A program made the translations under genes and the position numbers. Shown here piece after piece: positions 39,434 to 49,188 of a DNA stretch of 64,000 bases. The notes beneath the pieces were generated by a model, which saw nothing but the letters and a program-made list of their open reading frames with translations, was not told the origin of the DNA and did no database searches. The first letter of the stretch is position 1; every line of letters begins with the position of its first letter. Source of the stretch: Thermoplasmatota archaeon (GTDB lineage: Archaea > Thermoplasmatota > Thermoplasmata > UBA10834). The stretch is taken from NCBI GenBank assembly GCA_018814355.1, contig JAHIZT010000033.1, forward strand, positions 943 through 64,942. The letters are read 5' to 3'.

Positions 39434-40057
39434 CTATGGCCCGCAGAGGTCGAATCCGATCAGTATCGACGCCAGCTTCGGGTCGTCATCGAGCCCGGCT
39501 TTCTTCCGGAGGAACAAGTCTCCGGTGGTGGACGGGCTGGAGGAGACTACGCAAGCCGTCCCTCGGACATCTTCGACCTCTTTGAACTCCACGGGCGGGA
39601 GCACGAACCTGGAGCCTTTGCCGCTTTCCTTGCCCACGAACAGCACAAAATCCTTCCCGAGGAACAGAGTCTTGCTGCCCTCCCCTGGCCCCACCTTCTC
39701 TCCCAACAAGAGTTCGCGGCCGATGACAGCTCCGTTCTCGTTCATGAGAACGACAGTCGGATGGGGCGGTCCTCTGAATGTGTTGTCCTTGACGATGCAT
39801 GCTACATGTCGTCTCTTGAGGCATTCGAGCACACCGTCGTTCTGGACTGTAAGCGGTCCGATTGGCGGGTACCGTATCTCCAGTTCCTCAAGACCATTTC
39901 TCATCTCACCCGTCAGGTAGAATGTGTGCTTTACGCCTCTAAGGCTGGCTAGCACCTTTTCGATCTCGTCGAGCTTCTTGTTCGTCTCAGCGTTGGGATT
40001 CATGGTGCCCCTCATTCGACCATGCAAAGACCTATCTTGGCTGCAGAGGCTCCACAT
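39434..40057 (-). CDS. Hypothetical protein (true start probably slightly downstream)
   Basis: Long ORF with coding-like codon pattern; no family recognised. Confidence 0.65.
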   Translation of the reverse strand: MWSLCSQDRSLHGRMRGTMNPNAETNKKLDEIEKVLASLRGVKHTFYLTGEMRNGLEELEIRYPPIGPLTVQNDGVLECLKRRHVACIVKDNTFRGPPHPTVVLMNENGAVIGRELLLGEKVGPGEGSKTLFLGKDFVLFVGKESGKGSRFVLPPVEFKEVEDVRGTACVVSSSPSTTGDLFLRKKAGLDDDPKLASILIGFDLCGP

Positions 40058-40700
40058 GCGACAGCGAGTGCATCACGTGCTGCACGAACAGATCCTCTGG
40101 CAGGGAACCCGCGATTTCGAACTTCTCGTTGATGATGGTCTTGGGGACGCCTGTGACCGAGTACTTCTGCGCGAGCGGGACGAACTCCGTCGACTCGACC
40201 ATGTCCGCCCATATCATGTCGCTCTCGATTGCGAACCTGTGCGCCAGCCTCACGGTCGCTGGACAGAACGGGCAGGTGGGCGTCACGAACACCTGGATGT
40301 GGACCGAGCTGTCCACCAGCTTCAATATGTCCTTCGTCTTCTGCGACAGGCCGCTCTCGCCTCGAGAGATGTCCAGAATCGCCCCAACGAGAGACGTGAA
40401 CTCGTAGCCTGACGGTATCCCGTAGAATCTGATGCCATAGTCTTTGGCTCCTATCACTGCGATAGCTGGTATCTTGTCGATTCTGAACTCATTCGCCTTC
40501 ATCTGGTCCTTGACGAAGTCGTACTTTTCCACCTTGATCTTCGGAGAGATCTCCGCAAGCTCATTGGCTACAAGCTCGGTCTCCTTGCAGAACATGCAGG
40601 GCATCTCCTGCGTGAACACGACGAGCCTGACGTCGTTGACCAACTTCTCACCGAACTCCTTGGCTAGGATGTCTCTATCCTTCTGCGGTATCAAACCCAT
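40032..40700 (-). CDS. Protein disulfide oxidoreductase (two thioredoxin folds, AhpF-NTD/PDO type)
   Basis: CMFC and CPFC motifs, GIPSGYEF, GVPK; GAGGTGA RBS before ATG 40700. Confidence 0.92.
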   Translation of the reverse strand: MGLIPQKDRDILAKEFGEKLVNDVRLVVFTQEMPCMFCKETELVANELAEISPKIKVEKYDFVKDQMKANEFRIDKIPAIAVIGAKDYGIRFYGIPSGYEFTSLVGAILDISRGESGLSQKTKDILKLVDSSVHIQVFVTPTCPFCPATVRLAHRFAIESDMIWADMVESTEFVPLAQKYSVTGVPKTIINEKFEIAGSLPEDLFVQHVMHSLSHVEPLQPR

Positions 40701-40721
40701 TTCAATCACCTCGGGAATCAT

Positions 40722-41150
40722 TCACTTCTCGGACAAGTCGACACTGATCTCGATGCCCTCGCGCACGCTCGCGCTGACAATGCAGAAGTCCTCGAATATA
40801 CCCTTGCATCGTTCGAGCTTATCTTTGTCAACATCGTCCACATCTATCCTCATGGTGACCTTAATTCCAGAAACACGCCATCGGCCCTTCTCGTTCCGGG
40901 CGAGCGTGGTCTCCACGTCGGTCTCGAGGCCATTCGGCTTGGCCCTTGACTTCTCCAGGCTGAACAGGAGGCTTGAGCTCAGGCAGTGCCCAACGGCCGA
41001 CGAGAGCATCATCCCGGCGCTCGGTCCCTTGGACTTCCCGATGGGTATGGGTTCATCCGTGTAGAGCTTGGCGCCGGGCAGTTCGTCGAAGGTGATGCTG
41101 AACTTGTAACCATCTTCACGCTTCATGTGCGTGTGTATCTTCTCGTTCAT
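40722..41150 (-). CDS. OsmC-family protein
   Basis: DEP..G..KGP, GHCL and FCIVSASV motifs. Confidence 0.88.
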   Translation of the reverse strand: MNEKIHTHMKREDGYKFSITFDELPGAKLYTDEPIPIGKSKGPSAGMMLSSAVGHCLSSSLLFSLEKSRAKPNGLETDVETTLARNEKGRWRVSGIKVTMRIDVDDVDKDKLERCKGIFEDFCIVSASVREGIEISVDLSEK

Positions 41151-41208
41151 CCGTTCCTGCCTCTGGCTTTCAGAATACAGGTGCTGGGTTAAGACTTTTC
41201 GGCGTCAT

Positions 41209-41510
41209 TCATGGAATCCGTCCTGCGGAGACACCCAATTCATTGGGGGAGGAAGCAGGTCGCCCGACCCTCCGCAACTTCTGATCCCTGATATACCTCG
41301 CTATCGCTTCCGCAGACACATGCCCCACCGTCCCAATGTAACAGCTCGGGCTCCATAGATGCCGCTGCCGGATCATTGTCTGCAGGATCGGATGCTCGTC
41401 GAACAACACCCTCGCGCTGATCCCTTTCAGAGCCTTCACGATTCCGACGGGAGATTCCGTCCGGTGCGCTCCGATGAAGAGATGCACATGGTCGGCCGCC
41501 CACTTCCAGG
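41209..41510 (-). pseudogene. tnpA: 5'-truncated IS200/IS605 HUH transposase fragment with right-end hairpin
   Basis: DHVHLF, IVKALKG.SAR, HLWSPS, GTVG and RYIRDQ motifs; apparent frameshift just before DHVH; hairpin CCCAAT-TC-ATTGGG at 41234-41247. Confidence 0.82.
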
Positions 41511-41585
41511 CAACCTATAAATATCGAACCCCCTCTTCCAACCGACACACGATCAGAATTGGTTCCAACTTGGAGGTCTGAATGA

Positions 41586-42377
41586 ATGGATTGGGGTCTG
41601 AAGAACAGGATATCTCGAATCATAAAGCCCGACACCGGGCGCTCTGTAATGCTTGCCGTCGACCACGGATACTTCCTCGGCCCGACCAGCAGACTCGAGG
41701 TCCCAAGGAAGACGATTATGCCCTTGGCGCCCTACGCGGACGCGATCATGCTCACAAGGGGCGTGTTGCGGTCCTCCATCGATGCGACTATACTCAACTC
41801 CGTCGTGCTGAGAGTCTCTGGTGGGACTAGCATCGTCGGCGAGGATCTCTCCAACGAAGGCATCATCACTTCGGTAGAGGACGCATTGAGATTGAACGCG
41901 TCCGGTATCGCCCTGTCTATCTTCGTCGGGAGCAAGCACGAGCGGCAGACGCTCCTCGCGCTCTCCGAACTGGTGAACGAGGGACAGAAACATGGCATGC
42001 CAGTGCTCGCAGTGACAGCCGTCGGTAAGGAGCTGGGCAAAAGGGACTCAAGATACCTGGCTCTCGCAAGCAGAATCGCCGCCGAGATTGGCGCGCACAT
42101 CGTCAAAACCTACTACTGCGACGATTTCGAGAAGGTGGTCGAGAGCTGTCCGGTTCCGATTGTCGTCGCGGGCGGACCGAAGCTTTCTGAGAAGGATGCG
42201 CTCGAACTGACATTCAAATCGATCAAGGCTGGGGCTGCGGGCGTCGACATGGGGAGGAACATCTGGCAATCGGACAACCCGATACCCATGATCAAGGCCG
42301 TGAGGAAGATAGTCCACGAGGACGCGACCGTCAAGGAAGCTTACGATATCTACAGGAAGCTCTCGAAACAGACGTGA
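41586..42377 (+). CDS. lsrF: LsrF-like thiolase / class I aldolase (DeoC/FbaB family)
   Basis: MDWGLKNR, MLAVDHGYFLGPT, LRVSGG, VKTYYC, AGGPK and DMGRNIWQ motifs. Confidence 0.85.
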   Translation: MDWGLKNRISRIIKPDTGRSVMLAVDHGYFLGPTSRLEVPRKTIMPLAPYADAIMLTRGVLRSSIDATILNSVVLRVSGGTSIVGEDLSNEGIITSVEDALRLNASGIALSIFVGSKHERQTLLALSELVNEGQKHGMPVLAVTAVGKELGKRDSRYLALASRIAAEIGAHIVKTYYCDDFEKVVESCPVPIVVAGGPKLSEKDALELTFKSIKAGAAGVDMGRNIWQSDNPIPMIKAVRKIVHEDATVKEAYDIYRKLSKQT

Positions 42378-42384
42378 GCCTGTC

Positions 42385-43434
42385 ATGGTGAACAGGAGCC
42401 ACGAACAGATGCGCGTTGCGATGTACTACAGGAACAGCGATGTCCGTCTCCAGGAGATGCCCAAGCCGGAGATCGACCGTTCGGAGATGCTCGTGAAGGT
42501 CATCGCCAGCGGGATATGCGGCAGCGATGTGATGGAGTGGTACAGGATCAAGCGCGCGCCCCTTGTGCTCGGGCACGAGATAGCAGGCGACATCGTCGAG
42601 GTCGGCAGGGACGTGGATCAATACAAGGTCGGCCAGCGCGTCTTTGTCTCTCATCATGTGCCCTGCATGAAGTGTAGGTACTGCCTCGCGGGCCACACAT
42701 CCACATGCGACACCCTGAGGACGACCAACTTCTATCCTGGAGGGTTCGCCGAGTTCGTGCGCGTCCCTGAGATCAACCTGGAGCATGGAGTGTATGTCTT
42801 GCCAAAGGAACTCACATACGACGACGGCTCATTCATAGAACCGCTTGCATGCTGCGTGCGCGGGTTCAGGCAGAGCAGGTACGTCGCTGGCATGACTGTG
42901 CTAGTGCTGGGGAGCGGTATCGCGGGCCTGCTGAACGTCAAGCTGGCCAAAGCCTACGGAGCGGGCAGGGTGCTCGCGACGGACATATCCAAGTTCAGAC
43001 TTGACACTGCGAAACGGTCCGGCGCAGATGCAGCGTTCGATGCGCGCGGTGATGTTCCGAAGTTGGTACGAGATGCGAACGCTGGGCGGCCCGCCGACTT
43101 CGTCATAGTCTGTGTAGGCTCCGTATCTGCTATCGACCAAGCGTTCAAGTCCGTAGACAGGGGTGGTACTGTCCTCATCTTCGCCCCTCCGATGCCGGGT
43201 ACGCAGGTTCTTGTGCCATTCGGAGACCTGTGGAAGGACGAGATCACAATCACATTTACGTACGCCGGAGGTCCGAGGGACTTAGAGGAGGCGATCGAGC
43301 TCCTACGCACGAAGAAGGTCGTCGTGAGCGATATGATTACTCACCGGTTCGGACTTGCGGACGCCCAGAAGGGCTTCGAGCTGGTTGCCCGAGCGGGTGA
43401 TTCGATGAAGGTCATCATCGATCCGCAGAAGTAG
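42385..43434 (+). CDS. Zn-dependent medium-chain dehydrogenase (sorbitol/threonine DH-like; start may be 42409)
   Basis: GICGSD, GHE, CMKCRYC..C, EPLAC and GSGIAG motifs. Confidence 0.9.
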   Translation: MVNRSHEQMRVAMYYRNSDVRLQEMPKPEIDRSEMLVKVIASGICGSDVMEWYRIKRAPLVLGHEIAGDIVEVGRDVDQYKVGQRVFVSHHVPCMKCRYCLAGHTSTCDTLRTTNFYPGGFAEFVRVPEINLEHGVYVLPKELTYDDGSFIEPLACCVRGFRQSRYVAGMTVLVLGSGIAGLLNVKLAKAYGAGRVLATDISKFRLDTAKRSGADAAFDARGDVPKLVRDANAGRPADFVIVCVGSVSAIDQAFKSVDRGGTVLIFAPPMPGTQVLVPFGDLWKDEITITFTYAGGPRDLEEAIELLRTKKVVVSDMITHRFGLADAQKGFELVARAGDSMKVIIDPQK

Positions 43435-43460
43435 AAGGACGCAACCCGGGTCCAATGGAC

Positions 43461-44102
43461 TCACACAACGAGTCCGATTCCGAAGACGGTCAATATGCCC
43501 AGCGTGTTCAGAACGAAGCATATCACAGCGAATGTCCTCTCCCTCATGGTCGTCAGACCCGCCAGCATCGCGACGCCGAACTCGTCGGGGAGCGGGGATG
43601 CGATCACTATTCCGGCGATGCCTGCAGAGATGTAGAACGACGCTTTCGGCGGTATCCTTCTCACGCGCAACACATGGAAATGGCCGAACATCTTTGAGTT
43701 CTTGAACCGCTCGATCTCGTCGTTGAATGTCATCCTGATGAATTTGAACAGGAGGTAGTCCGACGCGAGAGCACCCAGCCCTCCTATGACGGCCGCGATG
43801 AAGATGTTCACATCGTCGGCAATCGTGGCTAGAATCGCCACTCCGAAGGGAGCCCCAAACCCGAATGCGAACAACATCCCACCGAAGAGGGCGGACAGGT
43901 ATCCAAGGTCTCCGAGCGAGTGGAAGAACGACTGCACGTCATCGTTGGTGAAGAGTCCACCTGCGAGGAACGAGGTGGAGGCCAGCAGAACCAGCTTCGG
44001 GTACTTGAGGAATACGAATAGATCCCAGAGGCCGTCGACTATCCTCTTCGACATCTTGTACTTCGGCATGCCCTTCCGGTCCATCTCAGTGACTGATAGC
44101 AT
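43461..44102 (-). CDS. Hypothetical membrane protein
   Basis: About 5 hydrophobic helices; SPLPDE motif. Confidence 0.7.
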   Translation of the reverse strand: MLSVTEMDRKGMPKYKMSKRIVDGLWDLFVFLKYPKLVLLASTSFLAGGLFTNDDVQSFFHSLGDLGYLSALFGGMLFAFGFGAPFGVAILATIADDVNIFIAAVIGGLGALASDYLLFKFIRMTFNDEIERFKNSKMFGHFHVLRVRRIPPKASFYISAGIAGIVIASPLPDEFGVAMLAGLTTMRERTFAVICFVLNTLGILTVFGIGLVV

Positions 44103-44357
44103 TGCTTGTAGAATTCTTTTTTGCAGCCGCCCTTGTCATGCGAATCTCGTGACCGTCCAACTCTTCGTTGCAGAAGAGCGTCATGCCAGCCGTCGAAGGT
44201 TCGGAAGCCTTTTCTACCGGGCCTGAGATTCCGGTCCAGCGGAAAGGACTGCCCGAGGCTATGGCATTGTCTGTGTGGGTCAGTTTTCTCTGATACTGCC
44301 GAAAGTGGTGCTGGGCTTTTCCAAGTGGTCCTTCGAGAACACGCGAGGTAGTGCGAT

Positions 44358-45707
44358 ATGGTACCACACGCTAGTTACGAGAAGGAATATGTGTCTAAGA
44401 CGAAGAAATCGCGAGCGCATTGGGAGAAGGTACGAAAGCTCATACCCTCAGGCGTTGAAAGCAACGTGCGGTTCTTCGAGCCATACCCATTCTACGTGAA
44501 GAGTGCCAAGGGCCCCTACATCTTCGACATCGACGGCAACAAGATCATCGACTTCGCGCTCGGCTACGGCCCTATGATACTCGGCCACAATAATCCTGCA
44601 GTCATCAAGGCCGTCAAGGCCCAGGCGGACAAGGGGACCATGTTCGGTGCTTCCGCCGAGATGGCCTACGATTACGTCAACATGGTCAAGAAGGCCATGC
44701 CATCGATAGAGATGTTCAGGTTCGCGAACTCCGGGACCGAGGCGACGATGCATCCGCTCAGGGTCGCGAGGGCCTATACTGGCAAGGAGAAGGTCGCCAA
44801 GGCCGAGGGCTCCTATCATGGGGGACACGACTATGTCCTGCAGTCCCTGGACATCCCTCCTGACAAGTTGAAGGACAAGAGATGCCAGCCAGCGGTTCCA
44901 TTCGGCAAAGGCATCCCAAAGTGCATTTCAGACTTGCTCGTGATCTACCCGTTCAACGACTGGCCCGCCACCGAGGAAGTACTCACGAAGAACGCAGACG
45001 AACTCGCTGCGGTGATCATCGAGCCCGTCCAGGCCGGTGGCGGATGCTTCGCGCCGAGAGACAACTACCTGAAGAAGCTGAGGAAGCTCACCAAAGACCT
45101 CGGCATCGTGCTCATCTTCGACGAGGTGCTCACGGGATTCAGGGTGGCCTTTGGGGGCGCCCAGGAAAGGTATGATGTAAAGCCGGACATCACCTCGATC
45201 GCGAAGATCGCAGGCGGTGGATACCAGCTCGCAGGCTTCGGAGGGAAGAAGGAGATCATGGAGGAGATAATCCCAAAGGAGGGCGGAAACGTCTATCACG
45301 GCGGAACATACAATGCCCATCCAGTCTCCGTGACTGCAGGACTCACGACCCTGAAGATCCTCTCGAAGCCTGGGACATATGCGAGGATCGACAGGATCGG
45401 CGATTCGCTGTTCCACGGGCTCAGGGACTCGGCGGAGGACCGAGGAGTGGATGTCTGGGTAGAATCAGTCGGATCCCTCGGACAGATGTACTTCACGGAC
45501 AAGGAGATACGCACATGGCGAGATGCCTTCGATGTCGACGGAGAGAAGTGGAGGCATTGGTTCATGCATTCCCTGGGCAAGGGCGTGTTCTTCGGAGTTC
45601 CCCACTCAGACGAGCACTTCTTCACCTCTCTGGTCCATTCGAAGGAGGACATCCAGACGTCCATCGAGATATCGGACCAGGCTTTCAAGGGAATTGCTGA
45701 AAGCTGA
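44358..45707 (+). CDS. Class III PLP aminotransferase, glutamate-1-semialdehyde aminomutase-like
   Basis: GYGP.ILGH, NSGTEATM, GSYHG, FDEVLTGFR, AK (Schiff-base Lys) and GTYNA motifs. Confidence 0.88.
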   Translation: MVPHASYEKEYVSKTKKSRAHWEKVRKLIPSGVESNVRFFEPYPFYVKSAKGPYIFDIDGNKIIDFALGYGPMILGHNNPAVIKAVKAQADKGTMFGASAEMAYDYVNMVKKAMPSIEMFRFANSGTEATMHPLRVARAYTGKEKVAKAEGSYHGGHDYVLQSLDIPPDKLKDKRCQPAVPFGKGIPKCISDLLVIYPFNDWPATEEVLTKNADELAAVIIEPVQAGGGCFAPRDNYLKKLRKLTKDLGIVLIFDEVLTGFRVAFGGAQERYDVKPDITSIAKIAGGGYQLAGFGGKKEIMEEIIPKEGGNVYHGGTYNAHPVSVTAGLTTLKILSKPGTYARIDRIGDSLFHGLRDSAEDRGVDVWVESVGSLGQMYFTDKEIRTWRDAFDVDGEKWRHWFMHSLGKGVFFGVPHSDEHFFTSLVHSKEDIQTSIEISDQAFKGIAES

Positions 45708-45805
45708 TTGTCTCGTGAAACCCTTTCGCCAATTCATTTCTCGAGGGTTGACTGAGTTCCAGGAACAACCCTCAAAGCCAGGAAACGGCATAACCTTCGG
45801 CGAGC

Positions 45806-46288
45806 ATGAGCGAGTCATCCGAGCCGAGAATCCACACGGAGGATATGATCGACGGCGCAAGCCTCCTTTCTGATGAAGACAGAGCAAAGATGCTCGCTAG
45901 GATCCATTCCCTGGTATACTGGGTCGGCATGTTGGTCCCTGAGCACATACTTGCAGGCGACTCCGAGATCGACCTTCGCGAAGTTGCGTACAACTTGACG
46001 ACCAAGGAGAAGCTGACTCCTGAGGACATCGCGAAGGTCAATGAGCTCATCCACATGCTGAAGGCGAAGGAGCATTACCTCGAGAAGAAGCTGGCTCACG
46101 ACCCCATGTCGCTGGAGACTGCGAAGGCGTTGCTCGAGGAGACGTGCGGCCTGCTCAGGGCGATTGACGAGCTCCGGTCCGTCGAATCCCTCGAGAAAGC
46201 GGAGTTCAGGAAGAGAGAGATCATGAGCAGGATCGAGGACGCCAAGCGATGGCAGAGGTTCCTAGAGGCGATCAAACCGCCGAAGTGA
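45806..46288 (+). CDS. Helical hypothetical protein, DUF5788-like
   Basis: LVYWVGMLVPE..IDLRE, helical K/E-rich. The family name is from memory. Confidence 0.65.
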   Translation: MSESSEPRIHTEDMIDGASLLSDEDRAKMLARIHSLVYWVGMLVPEHILAGDSEIDLREVAYNLTTKEKLTPEDIAKVNELIHMLKAKEHYLEKKLAHDPMSLETAKALLEETCGLLRAIDELRSVESLEKAEFRKREIMSRIEDAKRWQRFLEAIKPPK

Positions 46289-46306
46289 GTGCCCGAGACG
46301 GATTGT

Positions 46307-47743
46307 TCAGCCCTGGTACTTCTTCACGACCTCGTCTATCCTCATCTTCGTGTCCTTGTCGACTTGTTCAGGCACATGAGTTGCGAGTATCTGCTTGGCC
46401 TTCTTCCTCGCAGCGCGAACCATCTCTCTCTGGTCCTTGTCCAGCCCGTATGTCCGATACAACCGCGCTTTTTCCTGAGTCGGCATGAACAGCTCCTTTC
46501 TCATGTTCCTGGCAGTATGCGCCTCCTTCAGGAAATTGCCACCAGGCCCGACCGATCTGATGAGGTCCAATGCGAATCCCGAGTCGTCCAGCAAGACCTC
46601 CTTTCTCATCTCCCTGATCTGCTCCCAGATGTCGCAGTCGATCACTATCTGCTCGAGCGACGCGCCCTTGGCTTGGTCAAGGCCTCCGATTCCGGAGCCG
46701 AAGTCAGTCTGGGCCATCGTGGTCATGCTGGTGAACATAAGCTCTGCAGGGTCGAGGCATATGCCTGGTGCCTCCCCTCCAATGCCCACACCGAAACCGC
46801 CGACCATCGTCGATGCTCCGTAACGCTTTGCCATCTGAGCGACAGCAGCGGCGATGAGTATCTCCTCAAGGGAACCGTAGTGTATCTCCCCAGTCATCAT
46901 GTTCGGTGAAGTCGATTCAGAGCTGTACACGACAGGCGCGCCCTTCTTCGTCATCTGGGAGATGGCGAAGCTGGCAAGGTTCTCCGCGTTGACTATCGCT
47001 ATCGTCGATGCGAGTGTGACCGGCGATGTGAGTCCAGTAAGAGCCATAGACATCGAGACTACGGGTACGCCGGCTTTGGCGAACTCCACCACTGCCTCGA
47101 CCGAACCCTTCTCGAATTCGAGCGGGCATATGGGGCACTGGATGACTGAGAACAGCGGTCGTTTGGCGAGAGCGTCCACGCCTCCAGCAATGGCTGCTGC
47201 AACCTCTATCTCCCCCTTCGCCTCCTCAGCGGACATCGCCTCTCCTTGCACGTGCTTGGTTGTATTCAAGAGCGAGATCGTCAGCTCGCTGAGCGCGTGA
47301 GTTTCACTAGGGGCGTCGTGGGCGGTCACGATCGGCCACACATAGTCAAGCGGGTCCATTGCATCGCATAGGACCATGAAATCTTTGAGGTCCTTGCCCA
47401 GTGTCGTGCGTTTCGCCCCCGAATCCAGCTCGGTCATGTATACTGCAGTACCGTTCGTCGCCATGTACGGAGGACCGTCTCTCGGGGCGACCATGTCCTG
47501 TCTCGGGTTCCTGGCGCAGAGCCTGATCTCCTTCGGCAATCTCCTGATTGTCTCCTTCACGAGGCTCTCGGGCAGGCTGGCCACCTGTCTCTTTCTGTCG
47601 ATTCTCGCCCCGCCATCTTCGAGAATGTCCAGGGTTCTATCGCTCCTGACCATTATGCCAGGGTTTTCCAGGATCATCAGAGTCTTTTCGTGTACCAACT
47701 CGATTTCGTCTTTGGACAGAATGCTTATCTGGGCCACTGCCAT
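46307..47743 (-). CDS. Trimethylamine methyltransferase (MttB) superfamily, non-pyrrolysine member
   Basis: HEKTLMILENPG, PLEF, GLTSPVTLA, QMTKKGAPVVY and EQIVIDCD motifs; no in-frame TAG. Confidence 0.88.
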   Translation of the reverse strand: MAVAQISILSKDEIELVHEKTLMILENPGIMVRSDRTLDILEDGGARIDRKRQVASLPESLVKETIRRLPKEIRLCARNPRQDMVAPRDGPPYMATNGTAVYMTELDSGAKRTTLGKDLKDFMVLCDAMDPLDYVWPIVTAHDAPSETHALSELTISLLNTTKHVQGEAMSAEEAKGEIEVAAAIAGGVDALAKRPLFSVIQCPICPLEFEKGSVEAVVEFAKAGVPVVSMSMALTGLTSPVTLASTIAIVNAENLASFAISQMTKKGAPVVYSSESTSPNMMTGEIHYGSLEEILIAAAVAQMAKRYGASTMVGGFGVGIGGEAPGICLDPAELMFTSMTTMAQTDFGSGIGGLDQAKGASLEQIVIDCDIWEQIREMRKEVLLDDSGFALDLIRSVGPGGNFLKEAHTARNMRKELFMPTQEKARLYRTYGLDKDQREMVRAARKKAKQILATHVPEQVDKDTKMRIDEVVKKYQG

Positions 47744-47862
47744 TATTCCGCTCCGAGACCCGAGATTGAGAGTGAGGTAATTAATCCATTGGCCTCAGCC
47801 CGGATCGTACACACGGCTATGTCCGGAATGATATGGTTGGGCTCCTCAGACAAGGTGGACAG

Positions 47863-49113
47863 ATGGCTTTCGAGTCACTCAAAGCTTCCCCAAGAGCGTT
47901 CAAGGTTCTGATAGCGAGCGCTCTCATAGAGAATGTGGCCTTCGGGCTCATTATACCCTACCTAGTCTTGTACATGGTCGACGACCTGGGAATCTCGAAA
48001 CCGCTTGCAGGACTCGCGTTGGCCGGATACACATTGTCCGGAATACCAGGGACCATCCTGGGTGGCATGCTTGCGGACAAAATCGGGAGGCGATTCGTCC
48101 TTCTGGCGAGCCTGGGGTTGATGTCCATAACCATGCTCATGTACTTCTTCGCGGTCAACTTCGTGACGCTGTTCATCATAGTACTTGCGGATTCGTTCGT
48201 CGGCTCTCTCTACATGCCGGCCGCGAACGCGATGATAGCCGATGTCATTCAGCCAAGCGGTCGGCCAAAAGCGTACAGCACGATCAGGATCTCGTGGAAC
48301 GTAGGTATGTTCATCGGACCTGCTATCGGCGTCTTCATTGTGGCTGCGTTCTCGATCAGAGAACTGTTCATATTCGGCGCGGCCATCCTCGCTGGCGCGT
48401 TCGTGATGAACTTGGTCTATGTTCCAGAAACCAAGCCGGAATCGGCGGTCGATCAGGAGGTCACGTTGATGAAGGTTTTCAGGGTCGGGAACAACCGCCC
48501 CTTCCTGATGCTCTGTTCGATGACCGCCTTGATGTGGTTCTCGTTCTCACAATGGATGTCCGTGCTGCAGATCTATGCGACCTCCGACCTGAACCTCAGC
48601 TATACCGTACCCGGACTGCTGTTTGCCGTGAATGCCGTCATGGTCGTCACGCTCCAGCTCTGGGTCACATCAAAAATGGTGATGTTCAGGAGCTCGCTAG
48701 TGCTCATGGTCGGTCAGCTCATCGTTGCCGGAGGGTTCTCGCTCATATTCTTCGCCAACGACCTGCCGTCCCTGGTCGCGTGCATCGTTATCATAACGAT
48801 CGGCGAACTCGTCTACATGTCGATCGTCTCTGCGATAATCGCGGACATGTCTCCTGAGGCGGAACGAGGGCAATACATGGGTTTCTCGGGTTTCATTCAG
48901 AGTCTGGGCATGGGCCTAGGGTTCTTCGTCGGCATGTGGCTCCTGGACATCCTTCCTGAGACCAGGGTACTCTGGTTGATCTTTGGAGTCTTCGGCGCAG
49001 TCGCGAGTCTCGGATACCTAGTCCTCTCGAAGATGCTCGGACCCGAAAGGGACCGCCCGTCAAAGCAGCCGGAGATAATCCCAATGAAACCGCTGTCGCT
49101 CGAGAAATCGTAA
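47863..49113 (+). CDS. MFS transporter
   Basis: GGMLADKIGRR motif A; about 12 TMs. Confidence 0.9.
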   Translation: MAFESLKASPRAFKVLIASALIENVAFGLIIPYLVLYMVDDLGISKPLAGLALAGYTLSGIPGTILGGMLADKIGRRFVLLASLGLMSITMLMYFFAVNFVTLFIIVLADSFVGSLYMPAANAMIADVIQPSGRPKAYSTIRISWNVGMFIGPAIGVFIVAAFSIRELFIFGAAILAGAFVMNLVYVPETKPESAVDQEVTLMKVFRVGNNRPFLMLCSMTALMWFSFSQWMSVLQIYATSDLNLSYTVPGLLFAVNAVMVVTLQLWVTSKMVMFRSSLVLMVGQLIVAGGFSLIFFANDLPSLVACIVIITIGELVYMSIVSAIIADMSPEAERGQYMGFSGFIQSLGMGLGFFVGMWLLDILPETRVLWLIFGVFGAVASLGYLVLSKMLGPERDRPSKQPEIIPMKPLSLEKS

Positions 49114-49188
49114 CGAGGAAAAGTGGTAAATGAAAATGGTTTGTCGGCCCATCCGTATCGGACGGGCAGGATGAACTGATCCGCCGGC

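Noticed and set aside
41586-42377. AI-2 quorum-sensing system
   Set aside because: Only the LsrF-like gene is present; no lsrK, lsrG, lsrR or transporter.
44230-44320. SAM-I or lysine riboswitch call
   Set aside because: It lacks GCAACC, the P1 AUC/GAU pairing and the loop-E AGUA motif; kept only as an unclassified structured region.
44358-45707. Gene symbol hemL
   Set aside because: Family motifs fit, but there is no tetrapyrrole gene context, so the substrate is uncertain.
46307-47743. mttB as evidence of methanogenesis
   Set aside because: It is a non-Pyl member of a family widespread in non-methanogens, with no mcr or corrinoid genes in the window.
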